From: Escherichia coli
GTDB lineage: Bacteria > Pseudomonadota > Gammaproteobacteria > Enterobacterales > Enterobacteriaceae
Assembly (NCBI RefSeq): GCF_003334815.1
Contig: NZ_QOWO01000001.1
Reading direction: 5' to 3' (one strand)
Length of the DNA stretch: 64,000 nucleotides
Each line of letters opens with the position of its first letter. The first letter of the stretch is position 1. The notes under the pieces are model-generated. The model did not search any database and had not been told where the DNA came from. It was given only the letters and a program-made list of their open reading frames with translations. Of this stretch, positions 58,751-64,000 are shown one piece after another. A program made the position numbers and the translations under genes.

Positions 58751-58930
58751 ATGATTCGCAAGTATTGGTGGCTCGTCGTTTTCGCTGTCTTCGTTTTTCT
58801 GTTTGATACTTTACTGATGCAGTGGATTGAACTGCTGGCAACAGAAACAGACAAATGCCGCAATATGAACTCAGTTAATCCACTAAAACTGGTTAACTGT
58901 GACGAACTGAATTTTCAGGACAGAATGTGA
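58751..58930 (+). CDS. yhdU: Small membrane protein YhdU
   Basis: ATG at 58751 gives MIRKYWWLVVFAVFVFLF... (59 aa). Confidence 0.8.
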   Translation: MIRKYWWLVVFAVFVFLFDTLLMQWIELLATETDKCRNMNSVNPLKLVNCDELNFQDRM

Positions 58931-58932
58931 AT

Positions 58933-59595
58933 TTACATGACACTTAATTCATTCGTTTGATGAATTAATTTCGTTATGTTTTCATCTGGCATGAACATTC
59001 TTAATACGTTATCGACCAGAGCGGGGGCTTGTTTATAAAGATCATAACCCGCCATATTCATTAACCAGTTTTGAACAATTCCGCTGAAGGCACCATCAAT
59101 AATAATCATCACAACATCTAAATCGAGGTTATTTGCTACACAACCTTGTTGCTGACACGCCTGCAATACTTCGCGGAGAGTCTGCGGATTAAAGCCCATC
59201 TTTTCGCGTATCACTCCCTCGGCCAGCATCTCATCATTAAATTCACATTTGTGATATAAGATTTTCAGCAACGCCTGCTGGCGGGGAATTTTGGCAATAT
59301 ATTGCAAGCCGACAATCAATTTTTCACGCAATTGTTGAAACGGGTCATGCTCTAATCCAGCCGTCAAGTGTTCCTGGATTAACTCCCGCAATGAAGGCTG
59401 TTGCAACCACATCTCATTAAACAGTTGAGTCTTGTTTTCGAAGTGCCAGTAGATAGCGCCACGCGTAACGTTAGCGGCGTCGGCAATGTCGTTGAGCGTC
59501 GTCTTGCTTACGCCATGCTGCGCAAACTGGGCGATGGCAGTTTCAATCAGTTCTTGCCGGGTCTTCAGAGCTTCGGCTTTGGTTCTTTTTGCCAT
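58933..59595 (-). CDS. acrS: TetR-family repressor of acrEF/acrAB (EnvR)
   Basis: 220-aa ORF with an N-terminal TetR HTH, divergent from acrE. Confidence 0.95.
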   Translation of the reverse strand: MAKRTKAEALKTRQELIETAIAQFAQHGVSKTTLNDIADAANVTRGAIYWHFENKTQLFNEMWLQQPSLRELIQEHLTAGLEHDPFQQLREKLIVGLQYIAKIPRQQALLKILYHKCEFNDEMLAEGVIREKMGFNPQTLREVLQACQQQGCVANNLDLDVVMIIIDGAFSGIVQNWLMNMAGYDLYKQAPALVDNVLRMFMPDENITKLIHQTNELSVM

Positions 59596-59993
59596 GATTA
59601 ATTATTCAGGAAATAAATATATTCGACACAGAGTGAGAAAATAGCGAAGGTTAATCTATCACCTAATGTGTATTTATACGAGAGGCTAATATTGAGTTGC
59701 TATAAATCGTTAAATAAATAATATATATTATTTACCTAAGATACATTCACTACATCAATATATATTTCAATTTACGAGGTTTTAATTCTGCCTCTTTCAA
59801 CCCGCGTCAAAATAAAACAGTAGAATATTAATCTTTTTTTGTGTTTATGTGCCTTGAGATGCCTGTATTCATAACTATTCCTTACATCGACGAATGATAA
59901 TTTGTAGGATAGCGAACTGTATTTTTCTTTCTGCGAGTTAACGCGTTGCCTTTTTGGGTAAATAACGCGCTTTTGGTTTTTTGAGGAATAGTA

Positions 59994-61151
59994 ATGACGA
60001 AACATGCCAGGTTTTTCCTCCTGCCCTCCTTTATTCTGATCTCCGCGGCTTTAATCGCCGGTTGTAACGATAAGGGAGAAGAGAAAGCTCACGTCGGTGA
60101 ACCGCAGGTTACCGTTCATATTGTAAAAACGGCCCCGTTAGAAGTTAAGACTGAATTACCAGGCCGCACCAATGCTTATCGTATAGCCGAAGTTCGCCCA
60201 CAGGTTAGCGGGATCGTACTGAATCGCAATTTCACTGAAGGCAGCGATGTGCAAGCAGGCCAGTCCCTGTACCAGATCGATCCCGCGACCTATCAGGCAA
60301 ATTATGACAGCGCGAAAGGCGAACTGGCGAAAAGTGAAGCCGCCGCCGCCATCGCGCATTTGACGGTAAAACGTTACGTTCCGCTCGTGGGTACGAAATA
60401 CATCAGCCAGCAGGAGTACGACCAGGCCATTGCTGATGCTCGTCAGGCCGATGCCGCCGTGATTGCCGCAAAAGCCACAGTCGAAAGCGCTCGCATCAAT
60501 CTTGCTTATACCAAAGTCACTGCGCCAATTAGCGGACGTATCGGCAAATCGACTGTGACCGAAGGCGCTCTTGTCACTAATGGGCAAACGACTGAACTGG
60601 CGACTGTCCAGCAGCTCGATCCTATCTACGTTGATGTGACCCAATCCAGCAACGATTTTATGAGGCTGAAGCAATCCGTAGAGCAAGGAAATTTGCATAA
60701 GGAAAACGCCACCAGCAACGTAGAGTTGGTCATGGAAAACGGTCAAACCTATCCCCTGAAAGGTACGCTGCAATTCTCCGATGTGACCGTTGATGAAAGC
60801 ACCGGCTCCATAACCCTACGTGCTGTCTTCCCTAACCCGCAACATACGCTTTTGCCGGGTATGTTTGTGCGTGCACGGATTGATGAAGGCGTCCAACCTG
60901 ACGCCATTCTTATCCCGCAACAAGGCGTTAGCCGCACACCGCGTGGTGATGCAACCGTGCTGATTGTTAACGATAAAAGTCAGGTTGAAGCGCGCCCTGT
61001 CGTTGCCAGTCAGGCGATTGGCGATAAATGGTTGATTAGTGAAGGACTGAAATCTGGCGATCAAGTCATTGTCAGCGGCCTGCAAAAAGCGCGTCCGGGA
61101 GAGCAGGTTAAAGCCACTACCGATACCCCCGCAGATACTGCATCGAAGTAA
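59994..61151 (+). CDS. acrE: RND efflux membrane-fusion lipoprotein
   Basis: 385-aa ORF with lipobox LIAGC, recognised as AcrE. Confidence 0.97.
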   Translation: MTKHARFFLLPSFILISAALIAGCNDKGEEKAHVGEPQVTVHIVKTAPLEVKTELPGRTNAYRIAEVRPQVSGIVLNRNFTEGSDVQAGQSLYQIDPATYQANYDSAKGELAKSEAAAAIAHLTVKRYVPLVGTKYISQQEYDQAIADARQADAAVIAAKATVESARINLAYTKVTAPISGRIGKSTVTEGALVTNGQTTELATVQQLDPIYVDVTQSSNDFMRLKQSVEQGNLHKENATSNVELVMENGQTYPLKGTLQFSDVTVDESTGSITLRAVFPNPQHTLLPGMFVRARIDEGVQPDAILIPQQGVSRTPRGDATVLIVNDKSQVEARPVVASQAIGDKWLISEGLKSGDQVIVSGLQKARPGEQVKATTDTPADTASK

Positions 61152-61162
61152 GGTAATCTGAC

Positions 61163-64000
61163 ATGGCAAACTTTTTTATTCGACGACCGATATTTGCATG
61201 GGTGCTGGCCATTATTCTGATGATGGCGGGCGCACTGGCGATCCTACAATTGCCCGTCGCTCAGTATCCAACAATTGCACCGCCTGCGGTTTCTGTTTCA
61301 GCAAACTATCCGGGCGCTGATGCGCAGACCGTGCAGGATACGGTGACGCAGGTTATCGAACAGAATATGAACGGTATCGATAACCTGATGTATATGTCCT
61401 CCACCAGCGATTCCGCCGGTAGCGTGACAATTACCCTTACCTTCCAGTCCGGGACCGATCCTGATATCGCGCAAGTGCAGGTGCAGAACAAACTCCAGCT
61501 CGCCACGCCGTTGCTGCCGCAGGAGGTTCAGCAGCAGGGGATCAGTGTTGAAAAGTCCAGTAGCAGCTATTTGATGGTGGCGGGCTTTGTCTCTGATAAC
61601 CCAGGCACCACACAGGACGATATCTCGGACTATGTGGCCTCTAACGTTAAAGATACGCTTAGCCGTCTGAATGGCGTCGGTGACGTACAGCTTTTCGGCG
61701 CACAGTATGCGATGCGTATCTGGCTGGATGCCGATCTGCTAAACAAATATAAACTGACACCGGTTGATGTGATTAACCAGTTGAAGGTACAGAACGATCA
61801 GATCGCTGCCGGACAGTTGGGCGGAACGCCAGCGTTACCAGGGCAACAATTGAACGCCTCGATTATTGCTCAGACGCGGTTTAAAAATCCGGAAGAATTC
61901 GGCAAAGTGACCCTGCGCGTAAACAGTGACGGCTCGGTGGTACGCCTGAAAGATGTCGCACGGGTTGAACTTGGCGGTGAAAACTATAACGTTATCGCTC
62001 GTATCAACGGAAAACCGGCGGCGGGCCTGGGGATTAAGCTGGCAACCGGCGCGAATGCTCTCGATACCGCGAAAGCCATTAAGGCAAAACTGGCGGAATT
62101 ACAGCCATTCTTCCCGCAGGGAATGAAGGTTCTCTACCCTTATGACACCACGCCATTCGTCCAGCTTTCTATTCACGAAGTGGTAAAAACGCTGTTCGAA
62201 GCCATTATGCTGGTGTTCCTGGTGATGTATCTGTTCTTGCAGAATATGCGAGCAACGCTGATCCCCACCATTGCGGTACCCGTGGTGTTGTTAGGGACGT
62301 TTGCCATCCTCGCCGCTTTTGGTTACTCCATCAACACACTAACGATGTTCGGGATGGTGCTTGCCATCGGGCTGCTCGTCGATGATGCGATAGTGGTGGT
62401 GGAGAACGTCGAGCGCGTGATGATGGAGGATAAGCTCCCGCCAAAAGAAGCGACGGAAAAATCGATGTCGCAAATTCAGGGCGCACTGGTGGGTATCGCG
62501 ATGGTGCTGTCAGCGGTATTTATTCCGATGGCATTCTTCGGCGGTTCTACTGGGGCAATTTATCGCCAGTTCTCTATCACCATCGTTTCGGCAATGGCGC
62601 TTTCTGTTCTGGTGGCATTGATTCTTACCCCTGCGTTATGTGCAACGCTGCTTAAACCCGTCTCTGCTGAGCATCACGAAAATAAGGGCGGTTTCTTCGG
62701 TTGGTTTAATACCACCTTCGATCATAGCGTTAACCACTACACCAACAGCGTCGGCAAAATCCTCGGATCCACAGGACGATATTTACTGATCTATGCGCTG
62801 ATTGTTGCAGGAATGGTGGTGTTGTTTTTACGTCTTCCGTCTTCCTTCTTACCTGAAGAGGATCAGGGTGTCTTTCTGACCATGATTCAGTTACCCGCTG
62901 GCGCGACGCAAGAGCGGACGCAAAAAGTGTTGGATCAAGTTACGGATTACTATCTGAAGAACGAGAAAGCGAACGTTGAAAGTGTCTTTACGGTTAACGG
63001 CTTTAGCTTCAGCGGCCAGGCACAAAACGCCGGTATGGCCTTCGTCAGTCTGAAACCGTGGGAAGAGCGTAATGGTGACGAAAACAGTGCGGAAGCGGTA
63101 ATCCATCGTGCCAAAATGGAATTGGGCAAGATCCGCGACGGTTTTGTCATTCCATTCAATATGCCAGCCATTGTTGAACTGGGCACGGCAACGGGTTTCG
63201 ACTTTGAGTTAATTGATCAGGCTGGGCTGGGTCACGATGCCCTAACCCAGGCCCGTAACCAGTTGCTTGGTATGGCGGCGCAACATCCTGCCAGCTTAGT
63301 CAGCGTGCGCCCTAATGGCCTGGAAGACACCGCGCAGTTTAAACTGGAAGTTGACCAGGAAAAGGCGCAGGCATTAGGTGTTTCACTTTCTGACATCAAT
63401 CAGACCATTTCAACGGCGCTGGGTGGGACTTACGTTAACGACTTCATCGACCGTGGTCGCGTGAAAAAGTTGTATGTTCAGGCGGATGCCAAATTCCGTA
63501 TGCTGCCAGAAGATGTCGATAAACTTTATGTCCGCAGCGCCAACGGCGAAATGGTGCCATTCTCGGCCTTTACCACTTCACATTGGGTGTATGGCTCTCC
63601 GCGACTGGAACGCTACAACGGTCTGCCGTCAATGGAGATTCAGGGGGAAGCCGCGCCAGGAACCAGTTCCGGCGATGCCATGGCGTTGATGGAAAACCTT
63701 GCGTCAAAATTACCTGCGGGCATTGGTTATGACTGGACGGGTATGTCGTATCAGGAACGCTTATCGGGAAACCAGGCTCCCGCTCTGGTAGCAATTTCCT
63801 TTGTGGTTGTTTTCCTGTGCCTTGCTGCACTCTATGAAAGCTGGTCAATTCCTGTCTCGGTTATGTTGGTAGTGCCGTTAGGGATTGTCGGCGTGCTGCT
63901 GGCGGCGACACTCTTTAATCAAAAAAATGACGTCTACTTTATGGTGGGCTTGCTAACGACAATTGGCTTGTCGGCCAAAAACGCTATTTTGATCGTTGAG
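61163..64000 (+). CDS. acrF: RND efflux inner-membrane transporter, 3' end truncated by the window edge
   Basis: Not in the ORF track because there is no stop in the window. ATG at 61163 gives [23 protein letters not shown]..., open in frame for 946 codons to position 64000. Confidence 0.95.
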   Translation, partial: MANFFIRRPIFAWVLAIILMMAGALAILQLPVAQYPTIAPPAVSVSANYPGADAQTVQDTVTQVIEQNMNGIDNLMYMSSTSDSAGSVTITLTFQSGTDPDIAQVQVQNKLQLATPLLPQEVQQQGISVEKSSSSYLMVAGFVSDNPGTTQDDISDYVASNVKDTLSRLNGVGDVQLFGAQYAMRIWLDADLLNKYKLTPVDVINQLKVQNDQIAAGQLGGTPALPGQQLNASIIAQTRFKNPEEFGKVTLRVNSDGSVVRLKDVARVELGGENYNVIARINGKPAAGLGIKLATGANALDTAKAIKAKLAELQPFFPQGMKVLYPYDTTPFVQLSIHEVVKTLFEAIMLVFLVMYLFLQNMRATLIPTIAVPVVLLGTFAILAAFGYSINTLTMFGMVLAIGLLVDDAIVVVENVERVMMEDKLPPKEATEKSMSQIQGALVGIAMVLSAVFIPMAFFGGSTGAIYRQFSITIVSAMALSVLVALILTPALCATLLKPVSAEHHENKGGFFGWFNTTFDHSVNHYTNSVGKILGSTGRYLLIYALIVAGMVVLFLRLPSSFLPEEDQGVFLTMIQLPAGATQERTQKVLDQVTDYYLKNEKANVESVFTVNGFSFSGQAQNAGMAFVSLKPWEERNGDENSAEAVIHRAKMELGKIRDGFVIPFNMPAIVELGTATGFDFELIDQAGLGHDALTQARNQLLGMAAQHPASLVSVRPNGLEDTAQFKLEVDQEKAQALGVSLSDINQTISTALGGTYVNDFIDRGRVKKLYVQADAKFRMLPEDVDKLYVRSANGEMVPFSAFTTSHWVYGSPRLERYNGLPSMEIQGEAAPGTSSGDAMALMENLASKLPAGIGYDWTGMSYQERLSGNQAPALVAISFVVVFLCLAALYESWSIPVSVMLVVPLGIVGVLLAATLFNQKNDVYFMVGLLTTIGLSAKNAILIVE

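Overview
This window is an Escherichia coli chromosomal segment. It is collinear with my memory of the K-12 gltF-to-acrF region: gltF', yhcADEFG, nanQ-KETA-nanR, dcuD, sspBA, rpsI-rplM, zapE, zapG, degQ, degS, mdh, argR, yhcN, yhcO, aaeBAX-aaeR, tldD, yhdP, rng, yhdE, mreDCB, csrD, acuI, accBC, yhdT-panF-prmA, dusB-fis, yhdJ, yhdU, acrS, acrEF'. Gene names come from recognising the translated ORFs, not from any search. Many ORF-track N-termini were trimmed to the ATG that matches the known protein. I see two differences from the K-12 layout. (1) yhcE is intact, whereas I recall an IS5 interruption in MG1655. (2) A 9.35-kb integrative element lies between fis and yhdJ (48335-57697). It is inserted into the last codons of fis and bounded by a perfect 17-bp direct repeat, AATACGGCATGAACTAA. 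All of its genes are on the minus strand. From right to left they are: a P4/CP4-57-type tyrosine integrase; a highly structured non-coding interval; an AlpA-like gene broken by a frameshift; orf93; a primase/VapE-type P-loop replication protein; orf74; and a terminator. Next comes an iteron-type origin with 10 exact and 4 variant copies of ATGACACC around a 14-bp perfect inverted repeat. This is followed by a compact, translationally coupled module holding a lone HK97-like major capsid protein, orf104, a 54-aa ribbon-helix-helix protein, two small ORFs and a 757-aa tail tape-measure protein that ends about 80 bp from attL. The int-alpA-primase-ori backbone resembles Gram-negative phage-inducible chromosomal islands. 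The cargo does not fit the satellite families I know: capsid subunit plus tail-length ruler, with no terminase, portal, protease, scaffold, tube or baseplate. This element is the main candidate for a previously undescribed system. The rest of the window looks like ordinary core genome.
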